Shown here piece by piece: positions 1-55,061 of a stretch of 64,000 nucleotides of DNA (position 1 is the first letter of the stretch; every line of letters begins with the position of its first letter). The position numbers were made by a program, and so were the translations under genes. Source of the stretch: Hormiphora californensis. Lineage: Eukaryota > Animalia > Ctenophora. Location of the stretch: positions 5,270,001 to 5,334,000 of the forward strand of contig CM035354.1 in NCBI GenBank assembly GCA_020137815.1. Reading direction: 5' to 3'. The notes under the pieces are model-generated. The model had not been told where the DNA came from. It was given only the letters and a program-made list of their open reading frames with translations, and did no database searches.

Positions 1-748
1 TGAGAGATGGAGTACTAAATGAGAGGTAGGGAAGCTGAGAGATGGAGTAAATGGGAGGTAGGGAAGCTGAGAGATGGAGTGAATGGGAGGTTGGATAGCT
101 GAGAGATGGAGTAAATGGGAGGTAGGGAAGCTGAGAGATGGAGTAAATGAGAGGTAGGGAAGCTGAGAGATGGAGTAAATGGGAGGTAGGGTAGCTGAGA
201 GATGGAGTAAATGGGAGGTAGGGAAGTTGAGAGATGGAGTAAATGGGAGGTAGGGAAGCTGAGGGATGGAGTAAATGGGAGGTAGGGAAGCTGAGAGATG
301 GAGTAAATGGGAGGTAGGGAAGCTGAGAGATGGATTAAATGGGTGGTAGGGTAGCTGAGAGATGGAGTGAATGGGAGGTAGGGTAGCTGAGAGATGGAGT
401 AAATGGGAGGCAGGGATGGAGTAAATGGGAGGTAGGGAAGCTGAGAGATGGAGTAAATGGGAGGTAGGGTAGCTGAGAGATGGAGTAAATGGGAGGAAGG
501 GAAGCTGAGAGATGGAGTAAATGGAAGGTAAGGTAGCTGTGAGATGGAGTAAATGGGAGGTAGGGAAGCTGAGAGATGGAGTAAATGGGAGGTAGGGAAG
601 CTGAGAGATGGAGTAAATGGGAGGTAGGGTAGCTGAAAGATGGAGTAGATGAGGGGTAGGGTAGCTGAAAGATGGAGTAGATGAGGGGTAGGGTAGCTGA
701 GAGATCGAGTTGATGAGGGGTAGGATAGCTGAGAGATGGAGTAGATCA
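1..748. repeat. Minisatellite, 32-bp unit (GGGAGGTAGGGAAGCTGAGAGATGGAGTAAAT), roughly 23 copies, truncated at the window edge
   Basis: Unit directly visible in tandem; it explains ORF 15..755. Confidence 0.95.
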
Positions 749-1534
749 AGATCAAGAAATATTTGATTCGGCACCGACCCTCTCTCTACTCCTCGATGTT
801 TCCCGCCATGTTCTGCAGCTGCTGTGTGAGAGTTGAACGCGAGCGCGTCAATAACATGACACGACATGCAACACGACATGCAACACGACATGCGAGATGC
901 GAATTTCATTATTTTGAAGTTTTGTGGGGTTGCGATTTTTGTTTTAGGTCGGAGAGTGAAACGGCCGGTACAGTGGTAAACTAGATTAAAAACTGTACGC
1001 CTCATTAGACGGCGATTTTTCCTATCTTGTCTGGTTCCTGAGATATGGCCCCCTAAAGAGTTGGTGTCTCAAACTGCTGAATCGGGGTCACGCGAGGAAA
1101 ATGGGCATCAGTTTGCGTGTACTGCTCCGTTTTTCACGGGACTTGAACGAGGGTGACGGCAAGAGTCTCACCTATTACATGGTATCCTTACATTGTGTAT
1201 TAAATCTAAAATGACTGAGCAGCATGCTTGTTAATGAACCTTGACGTGTTTACTTGTCTCGCAAGCGCGCTCGCGACTAGCAAACACGACATGCAGTTCA
1301 CACCCTGTATATGTCCCACTTTCACACACAATGTCATACATCTCAGTTTCATTGACACAGTTACACACCTTCATTCGGCGTTTCTCAATCCGTGGCTTTG
1401 GCATTATTTACATTCTACAGTGAGAGAAAGAGAGGTAACAAAACCCATATTAACTATCTCTCTCAAAAGAAAACATTCAAAACAAGATTGGTTTTTTGGG
1501 GGCATAAATAAAAAGATCGAACTGCCGATATAAA

Positions 1535-1912
1535 TTATGAAGAGTAAGGCGTTGTGGGTTCCACTACCAGTCCCTTGATATTAAACTCGTACTCCTTCAA
1601 CATGTTACTGGTATCGGCATCAATCTCCAAATCCTTGACAAGAGCGGACACCTCAGGCACATAGTTGTCCCTCCTCTCTCGCTCCTCCTCTTGGAGCTTG
1701 ATAGAGATACCCCTGACGGGTCCCTTCTGGATCCTCTTCATGAGATGGGTCATGAAGCCGGCAATCTTGTTTCGGAGCCTCTTGCTGGGGATAATGGCAA
1801 TCTCCTCGGCAATCCTTTTGTTAGTGTGGAAGTCAAGGGTCAGGCGGGTGTAGTATTTCTCGATCATTAGCCTACTGGCTCGCTTCACTGTCTTCGTCCT
1901 AACTCGACCCAT
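1535..1912 (-). CDS. RPS17: 40S ribosomal protein S17 (eS17), intronless CDS
   Basis: [33 protein letters not shown]...[46 protein letters not shown] is the eS17 signature. The true ATG is at 1912, preceded by an acceptor-like TCTCTAG 5 nt upstream. Confidence 0.98.
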   Translation of the reverse strand: MGRVRTKTVKRASRLMIEKYYTRLTLDFHTNKRIAEEIAIIPSKRLRNKIAGFMTHLMKRIQKGPVRGISIKLQEEERERRDNYVPEVSALVKDLEIDADTSNMLKEYEFNIKGLVVEPTTPYSS

Positions 1913-2686
1913 GTTGGCTAGAGAGGGATACAAGCACGGGTTAGAGTTTGTAGTAGGCAAAGATGTGATGGGCGAGGAATGTAGGAATAGGGTGTCAATT
2001 CAAGTGTGGGGGTTTTATTATCATGAGTTAGTGGGATGAGATTCGAATACTGGGAAGAAGGAATGTCTTGGCATTTGTGTAGGAAGGGGGGGGGGGTCAG
2101 AAATACAAAGAAAAAATTTGTTTGATCCTAGGATGATTATGAGAATGAATGTGTGAGAAAGAAAGAAAGAAATAGAGAGAAAGAATAGAGGGGGAACGAG
2201 TTTGAGAAGGTTGAGTTTGCAAGAGAGAGAGAGAGAGAGGGGCGATAGAGGAATCAAAAAGATACAAGATGTTGTGATTTGCGTACCTTTCTAAATTCAG
2301 GGCGCCGGTTCCTTCCCCCACAAAATATCAGTTCAGTTGCCGTTCCCCTTTCTCTTGACAGGCGCCCTGAATTAGACACTAGTGTAACGCAGTGTGATAG
2401 AATGACGGGTGGGCAAATATTGCAGAGACTGGGACAGAAATCTAGCACCCACCCGTTATGACAGTGAAAGTTGCAGAGATAAAACAAAGATGTAAGTTGA
2501 AGCAAGTTGGCGTAGAAAGGAGGGAGAGGGTTTGAGGTATAGAATGGGTCGAGACGAAATTGGGGTTCGGGAAGGGAGGGGTATCACCAGACCATTGAAC
2601 CGTCCGTAGCATCAAAACACATCATATTTTTCTGTAATAAATAAAAAAACCAATTCAAGGAATTAAAAAGGGGTGCTGATTATCAT

Positions 2687-3022
2687 CTAATCGAAGAGAG
2701 AGAATCCCATGTCATCATCAGACTCCTCTTCCTCGCTTTCCTCCTTCTTGGCCTCCTCAACAGGGGCAGCAGCAGCACCTCCGGCAGCGGCGGCACCTCC
2801 AGAGGCAGCAACACCACCACCTGATGGTACACTGGCAAGCTTCTCAGATCCAGCGGCTAGAACCTCGTTGATGTCCTTGCCAGACAGCTGGGCCATGACG
2901 AAGGCGAGTTTCTCGTCGTCAACGCCAACTCCGACACTGGAGAGGATGGCCTTGATGTCAGCATCAGAGGGAGATTCGTTTCCACCGAGGGCAGCGAGCA
3001 GGTAAGCAGCAACGTAACGCAT
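2687..3022 (-). CDS. RPLP2: 60S acidic ribosomal protein P2, intronless CDS
   Basis: [16 protein letters not shown]-terminus, Ala/Gly hinge and C-terminal [14 protein letters not shown] motif. Confidence 0.98.
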   Translation of the reverse strand: MRYVAAYLLAALGGNESPSDADIKAILSSVGVGVDDEKLAFVMAQLSGKDINEVLAAGSEKLASVPSGGGVAASGGAAAAGGAAAAPVEEAKKEESEEEESDDDMGFSLFD

Positions 3023-3419
3023 TTTAAGTACTGGTACACGAAACGAGGAGGAGTTACCTATAACACGGGGGTTGGGTTAGAGTAGCACTGAAATGTGAGC
3101 AGAGATGTTACAATTTCTCAAACAGATAAAATAGTAAAGTGGGTATAAAGGAATCACTAAGCTGTTCAAGAGACTGTTTGTTGTTAGACGTAAGCACTAT
3201 GCGGACGTAACATTTGCTAACGCCATCTAGATTTAATAGAGGTCAAGTTTGCTACGCGTGCATGAGGCATGGATCCGCTGAATTTCTTATTCGATTAGAC
3301 ATTCAATAACACGGAGCTCGAGATGAGCAATAAAATAATAAAATGTTAAGAACAAAATATTTAACTAGCAATTAGCCTATTCATTCACTTAGGTAGACTG
3401 AAGTTTACCAGCCTAACTT

Positions 3420-3760
3420 AAAATGTGAAACTCCTTGACGTGGGGTTAAGACTTCCTAGATAGGTTAATCGTTCAGAAACACTTCCTGGGTTCAAGGCAA
3501 ACCTTGGTGCGTTCATGAAGGAATTCCATGACAGACCACCGGTGCGTGGGGTGCGTGGCTATGTGACGACTGACGGTCCTTAATGAGTTCAGAGAGGCAG
3601 AAAGAAAGAGCGTTATGTGAAGCTGTAAATGTTGTTTGCTGATGACGCTGTTTGGGTTTGACTTTGAGTAAGAGACTGTAAATAGACAATTTGACAAAGG
3701 TGGACCCACGAGATGGGAATTTGTATTGTGTAATTTATTTGAATTTAAATTTGAATTTGA
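3420..3760 (+). mobile_element. Possible degraded 3' end of a CR1/L2-type LINE
   Basis: Plus-strand translation ..RLPR*VNRSETLPGFKANLGAFMKEFHDRPPVRG..GY resembles the C-terminal tail of CR1/L2 ORF2. It is followed by a TTTGAA-like repeated tail. By-eye similarity only. Confidence 0.4.
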
Positions 3761-4225
3761 AGTGCCGCATACGGCCTAACATATCAGTCATTTTTCTATC
3801 TGTAGTGATGAAATATGAAATTAGTCCGTAGACCTACTCAACATAGGAAATAGCTTATGAAACAGCTTATGAAACATTTGCTCGTCCAAAAAGTGGGGCG
3901 CCGTTACGATCTGGGTTAAGCGGCCTGTTTACAGGTGCACGCTGCCAAAAAGTACACTGCACTAAAATGGCTCTAAGCGCCGTTTTGGCTAATCCAAAGT
4001 TTATCTGATAGGAAATATCAAAGCCTAACCCTAGCCCTTTACTTCAGCCCTAACACTAAAATAATCGTGCACTAACCCTAAAAAATCGCGAGTGCTGAGA
4101 CTCCAAACACCCAGATTTTGACGTTGGCCTAAAAAGTGATGCAAATCCAAATTTCGAAACACAGGCGTGATTAACTACACAACTAAGCAGCTATTTAGAC
4201 CGTTGTGGCAAGCTTTTCTTAATAT

Positions 4226-4734
4226 GGGGGGGGGCCTGCCGCAAGAATCTCATGCCTCATTGGCGATTTTCAGGGTAGCTGGGATTTTTGAGATTTTCAA
4301 TTTTTGGCTAAAAAACGTGGGATTTTTGAGATTTTTGAGGCAAATTTGCGATTTTTCGGGGTAAACCCAAATTTTTCTCAAAAATCTCATAGAAAGGAAA
4401 AATTTCCATTCGAAAATTTGGAATAGAAACAATTCTTGTGTTTTTCTACCAAAAATCAAAATTCTGGATAGAAATTTTCCTTGTGTTCTAGTACAAAAGT
4501 TAATGTGAAGCTAAAACATGAAATCTGCCTATTGAAATTACTAAACTGCTATTGTGATTCAGTTTTAAGCTAAAACATATGTCGAAAAACTGAATATTGG
4601 CAGCAAAAATTGTGCCAATTTAACACAAAAATCTCAAAAATCTCAAACGTAATTGAGCAAATTTTCCCAAAAATCTCAAAAATCTCATCTGCCGAAAAGA
4701 GGGTAGCTGAGATTTTTGCGGCAGGCCCCCCCCC
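4226..4734. mobile_element. Non-autonomous DNA transposon (MITE) with G9/C9 termini
   Basis: TIR GGGGGGGGGCCTGCCGCAAGAATCTCA ... TGAGATTTTTGCGGCAGGCCCCCCCCC, flanked by duplicated TAATAT (4220-4225, 4735-4740). Confidence 0.8.
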
Positions 4735-5082
4735 TAATATCTAGAACTAAAATTGTACAATAACACAAATTGGGAACACATTTCATTATCTGGGGAACAG
4801 CTACCGCCTGCCGGAGAGAGAAAAGGGCTTCGACGGGCAACCAAGCATTTGGCAAACGCCGCTGGCAGCGAGGGATAAGACAGCGCTTTTCAAACCAAGC
4901 ACCGAAACAAAACGCACTTTTGAAAAAGATCTTCAGGCTCAGTTTCCCGTGTCCCGTTCTGTCGAGTAAAATGTTGTGCGCGCGACGAGTGCGCGTACAG
5001 TAACGCGCTGTGTCTAGATGCAGCGTATTTTAATATACAACGCGCCTTACATTAAATGTTAGTGTAACAGGAAACTAGCGTT

Positions 5083-5753
<671 letters not shown>

Positions 5754-5971
5754 ATAGGGCATAGCTTGATGAGTTGAGGTCAGTACAAAAAATTGAAATT
5801 AAAATTTTGATTTTAAACCCAGATACTATACATGCCAGCGGCTGTTAAAACTTTTCTCCCCTATTCTCACAGTCACAATCTCCCGCGCCATTTATTCTTT
5901 CAATTTTTGAAGCATTACAATCAGAATTATAGAAAGGGTGAGCAGATTATGATCTGGACAGGATCTGATAT

Positions 5972-8900
5972 TTACTGCCTATTTTTAGCGGGTTCTAGTA
6001 TTCCAATCAGCTCCTCGACACTCGGCGGGTTATCCCAATCGATGTTGCACGCTTCCAGCTTAGATTTTGCTGCTTTGAAACTCAAGGTGGCGTATTTTAT
6101 AGGAGCAGGGAATTCGATCACCCTGAAAAGAGTAAATCATTTGTGATTCATTGAAAAATATCATTATCAAGCTAAGGGGAAACTCTAACTGAATGGCATC
6201 CCATTAATGGGATCCCATCAGCAGTAAAACTCTAACTGATAATGGACCACAGTGATGGTTCTTTCACATTTAACATATGAAAAAGAAACAAGAAGTTGAG
6301 ATATACCTAGTGACTCGTGGGTCACAATGACAGAGGTAGAAAGAGAGCATTTCCCATTCGTCAATGGTAAACTTGCTATCGTCGTGGAGAATTCTATAGC
6401 GACCAGGAAGCCAGCTACTACTAGGATCTATGGAGTTTTTAGGTGAATTTCAAATCGTATCTAACCCTGTCTGGCGGCGCCAGACCCCAATTTGATTTGC
6501 GCTCAGATGGGTCGCGGCGCCAGACAGATCTAACCGGAATCTTAAAAGTAAAAACAAGTGTCGTCCTAAAAATAGAATTCATCGAATCAAAACTTCGAAG
6601 AAAAAAGTGTTGCTGCTTAGATTACAGTTCCAAATTTATTCTTCGCCTAATCTAAATAGGGTAGCGACTGGATATTTGAAATGGCGGCTAATTTGAAGCA
6701 CCCCTTCTACAGGCCAGCAGGTGCACCAGATTTGGATTTCTAGACATCAGTGGGCTAGTCAGAACTTTGGTAACATAGACACCTGGCGCGGGGGTCGCGC
6801 CAGGTGTCTATGTTACCAAGTCAGAACTCATGCCAAGCCCACTGATGTCTAATTCTAAAAATCCGAATTCAAATTACTGTAAAACTAGATATTTTCGAGG
6901 CAATTAATTTTCGCGATTCGATCAAAATTTACTATTTTCGCGATTTTAATTTTCGCTAATCCAACTGCTACCCCCATTTCACGGTCCTAGTCTATTGTCT
7001 AATTACGCCAAGAGTGCAGTCATCATTGCCATGAGACACCAGACCTGCTTGGCGTAGACCAATGAAATGTGAGCATTTTCTCATTGCTGATTGGCTCTAA
7101 GAGATAGCCAATCAGGGATGAGACAGAAAAGGCTCACATCTCATTGGCTTACAACTCCTACTGAATCCCTTGCCACGTATAAGAGCAGTGGTCACATGAC
7201 CATTATTAATATAACACTCCTAGGGGTTAGGGTTAGGGTTAGGGTTAGCTTTCTGTAAAAAATCATCCAAAATATTTTCGCGGAATTAATTTTCGCGGAT
7301 TTTCCAGCCAAAAATAAAGAGCGAAAATAAAAATCTCACGAAAATATCTAGTAGTGTCTGACTGTGGTCTGGAAACCCCCTACTGCACGGAGCTTTTCTG
7401 AATCACCTTTTCGAGACGAATCCAACGCAACCGGAATTAGCTTTCTATCTTATCGGGAAGTTTGGGCTTGGGCCCCTTCAATTTTAGTCATTTTTTGGTG
7501 CGCGAGCCAATCAGAGGCCTTTATTTCGAAATCTAGGCCTCTGATTGGCTCCCACACCGAAAAATGACCAAAAATGAAGGGGCTCAAGCCCAAACTTCCC
7601 GATAAGATAGAAAGCTAATTCCGGTTGCGTTGGATTCGTCTTGAAAATGTGATTCAGAAAAGCTCCGTGCTCCTAGGGGGTTTCAGACCACAGTCAGATA
7701 TTATCTAGTTTTACAGTAGCCGCCATTTCAAATAGCCATTCGCTACCCTAATCAATAAGTGCCACTCACTTCCAGAGTAAAGAAAGAATTCCATGTAGTA
7801 AGGCGATGTAACTCCGCTGTCCACAACTGTTCCAGAATCAACCTTTCTTCCATCAACCTTATCAAAGTACTGCTTATGTGATCGGCGAGAGAACATTACA
7901 ATAGAAATTAGTGGCTGATTCGAGGCATCTTCTTGATATATACCCAAACAGGCGTCACGGATCTCTTGGAGTTCAGATTCAAAATTACCTCGTGAAACAA
8001 CGGCCCTTGCTATACGAAATTTGGCCGCTCTACCCCGCTTGATTAGATCATCGATTTTGGGATCCCAATAGTAGCATATAATCCTGTTTGGCAGCATTTT
8101 TTCCTTTCTTTGGTATTCCACCGGCATTTCTTTTACAATGTTACCAAGTCCTTGTATGTACTCAATTATCTGACCATCGGCATCCGGGAAAATCGGTAGA
8201 ACTCGATTGATATAACGTCCAGAATTTATATTTTTCGATGAACAACCCACAACCGTAGCGATTGAGGGCATTCCACGAAATTCAGGAAAGTGAGTAAGCT
8301 GCGCTCCAAAAATGAGGGTCTGTTCGTTGAAAACTGCACGAGGGATGCCTTCTGTATTTTGGTTGACTGTCCAATTAGTGCCACCCATCTTAAGGTTAGT
8401 TTTCTTCAGTATATCATGAAGAATCAGCTTTGGGTCATTATGTTTTCCGAAGATTCGTTCATATCTAACAACCTTTTCCACTTTTTCAATTGTTATGCAT
8501 TGCGTGATTTTACCATCTTTTTCACACATTTTGATTTTTCCAAAGTAGCTCGGGTCAGGCATTATAACGTAGTTAAAGTTTGTTGGAGACGACTCGATGG
8601 AACTCTGGAGATCTTCAGTTCTAATGCAGACACAATCCTGTGCTTGGTCTAATATTCCCATTCCTAAATCGTTAGCAAAACTCACCAGTTTTCGAATGAA
8701 TTTGTTGATGACAAATGTCATTGGTAGATCCACAAGATAAACAGAAAACCGGCCATCCTTAATACAATGGGAAAAGTTTTGCATTCTCCAAGTTCCAGCT
8801 TCACTCACATTCTTTCCATCGATAGTAAGACTAGGGAGGACCCTTCCCTTAACTCTGATATCCATAGGTGTTATATCTATGAACGAGTTAACTGTTCCTG

Positions 8901-8994
8901 GTTCTCCGATGGTACGCAAGGTCCTTGAAATGAGTTCAACTGAAGTTCCAATGGTTCCAGTAGCAGGCTTATATCCGGCAGCACCATCAGCCAT
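5972..8994 (-). CDS. Short Argonaute-family protein (L2-MID-PIWI only, no N/L1/PAZ), 3 exons, 498 aa, predicted slicer-inactive
   Basis: Exons 8994-7770, 6427-6307 and 6122-5972, all GT-AG and phase-consistent (1225+121+151 nt). Motifs: L2 VKGRVLP..GTWRM; MID TQCI and KKTNLKMGGTNW; PIWI IFGAQLTH, PSIATVVG, GTVVDSGVTSP..EFFLYS, YRILHDDSKFTIDEWEMLSFYLCH, RVTRVIEFPAPIKYA. AATAAA lies ~75 nt after the stop. Confidence 0.92.
6657..7750. mobile_element. Nested cluster of inverted-repeat elements (MITEs) in Argonaute intron 1
   Basis: Outer TIR TAGGGTAGCGA.TGG.TATTTGAAATGGCGGCTA at 6657-6690 and 7717-7750. Inner elements: 6877-7716 (TA TSD), ~7353-7701 (palindromic, flanked by TATCTAGT) and 6767-6819 (9-bp TSD GTCAGAACT). 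Confidence 0.9.
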
Positions 8995-9185
8995 AGTTTG
9001 TTTCAGTGTTTGAGGGTAGAAAACACTGAAACTAAAAAAACAAAGAGGTGGCTTCTTACTCAACAACACCAATGATAAGGAGGTGTACGCTGTCAACATA
9101 TTTATCCGCAGAAAAGTTTTTCAGTTGTAAGGTTTAAGTCATGCAACTTGAAGCCAACCGACCTCTGTCTCGTGGCGCCAGACCC

Positions 9186-9271
<86 letters not shown>

Positions 9272-9282
9272 AAGACAGACAA

Positions 9283-9335
<53 letters not shown>

Positions 9336-9464
9336 ACAGAACAGAACAGAACAGAACAGACAGACAGAACAGAACAGAACAGAACAGAACAGAACAGAAC
9401 AGAACAGAACAGAACAGAACAGAACAGAACAGAACAGAACAGAACAGAACAGAACAGAACAGAC
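9186..9464. repeat. Compound microsatellite (GACA)n followed by (AGAAC)n
   Basis: Directly visible. Confidence 0.97.
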
Positions 9465-10487
9465 ACTTTTGTCTATGTTGAACCAAGGCTATGGCGCCGC
9501 GACCCCACCTGAGCGCACTGTCGCGCTCCAATTTGAGAATCAAATGGGGTATGGTGACGCCATGCAGAACCAACCGATACAACCTTGGTTCAACCATTAC
9601 CAAGGCAACCGATACAAAAGAAAACAAGTCTCATAACTGGGAAGAAATAATTCGTTAACTTAACTAACACAGCTTAATACAAACAGATATATTTCTCCTC
9701 TCACACGTCTATAACACCTCTCGTGCACTACTGGATGCACCAGATCTAACCAATGATGGCATAGTTTTAATTTTGTAAAAATAAACTGCATTAACGCGTA
9801 GTGTTACAAAAAATCCTAGAACTCAGTCGACACACACAGATATATAGCTGAACAAGCATTTTATCACCAGAGAGATATATATTTTCAGGTTAATAAAGGG
9901 GTTGTATAATCAACAAAAACATGACTAAAATTCTCTAAAAATGATATACGTTTTAAAAAAGAATTGAGAGAAGAATTATCCACTGGTTCTTTATGAACGT
10001 ATGTGTGTGTCTCAAACTACTGAGCACTAATCGGAACACATTGTCATAACACATTTACAAAAGTTTTATAATAAAAGAGACCGCACGGTATATATTGTTA
10101 TCAGTATTACCGTATTATAATTATTATGACTATTTACAGTTGTATACAAAACTTGTGGATAAAATTTACCACGCACGATATATATAATAACCTTGTCTTC
10201 TTCAGATATCGACATCCCTCACTTTATATTTAATAGAAGCAGAAAGAGTGAATCAAATCGAGGAGGAAATGGGTAATTCCAATCTTCATTCGATATGGTA
10301 CCATCCTTCATTGACTCCAGCTCCCATCTCTGTGAAGTATAAACTAAACAACTTACAACACTCGCTCAAAGCGTCTTTTTGTCTCTCTCGCTGCCACTTG
10401 CATAATATCATCATTGTCCCTCGCGTGATATATCATTGGTCAAATCACATGGCCTGCTATATTGTAACTACAACGTGTGTTGGACCC

Positions 10488-54495
<44,008 letters not shown>

Positions 54496-55061
54496 TTCAG
54501 CAAGGTTAACCATGATTTATAGCCCCTTACTTCCAAAGTATAGTTTTACATCCTATAGGAGATTATTAGGATCATTTTGAAGCATAGATCTATGATATTT
54601 AGCATAAAAACAGGAGGTTAGGCGCGAAAAAGAAGTTGAATAACAAAAAAGTCAAAACTTCTGAATTTTAAGATTCTTATTTTTATAAATTTTAAAGTGC
54701 GCGTCGGGAAGCGCGTCGCACTTTCTGTTTTGCGCGCAACTGCGCGGCGTAAATTCGGAAAACTTTTAAAAAATCAAATTTCAGCTTCCACAAAACTTGA
54801 TTTTTTAAAGATTTTTGAGAAATTTTGCCCGTTTTGGAGCCAACAAAATCTCCGTCAACACTCAATTCTGAGACATTAAATACATCAAGTTAGTCATTAT
54901 TTTGAAAATTTGGCCGTTAGAACGCCATCTGGCTACTTATTTTGACGACTCAATTTTCACCATTCCCCCTGTTGGCTGTTGACTGGAGTTTCCCACTTCC
55001 CCTTCCCAGTCATGTAAATGAACCACTTACGCATTGAGTTTGACTCCTAAAAAATACAACT
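54496..55061. promoter_or_regulatory. Probable bidirectional promoter between DIP2 and SEH1
   Basis: Divergent start codons 566 bp apart, a CGCG-rich patch at ~54697-54750 and an AACGCCATCT motif at 54921. Confidence 0.6.

Noticed and set aside
1-748. CRISPR-like regular 32-bp repeat
   Set aside because: No unique spacers, head-to-tail units and a eukaryotic context.
780-815. Possible start of another minus-strand gene (CTGCAG|AACATGGCGGGA)
   Set aside because: The frame stops after 7 codons and no convincing donor or downstream exon is visible in the window.
7222-7247. Telomere or chromosome-fusion site
   Set aside because: Only ~4 TTAGGG units, internal to a MITE.
7711-7769. Ago ORF tail SEWHLLIRVANGYLKWRLL* suggesting a transposon-truncated pseudogene
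   Set aside because: This is read-through past the GTGAGT donor at 7769 into an intronic TIR; two downstream exons complete the PIWI domain.
8995-9099. 35-aa N-terminal extension of the Ago ORF
   Set aside because: It spans a polypyrimidine tract and acceptor and shows no Ago similarity; the ATG at 8994 is preferred.
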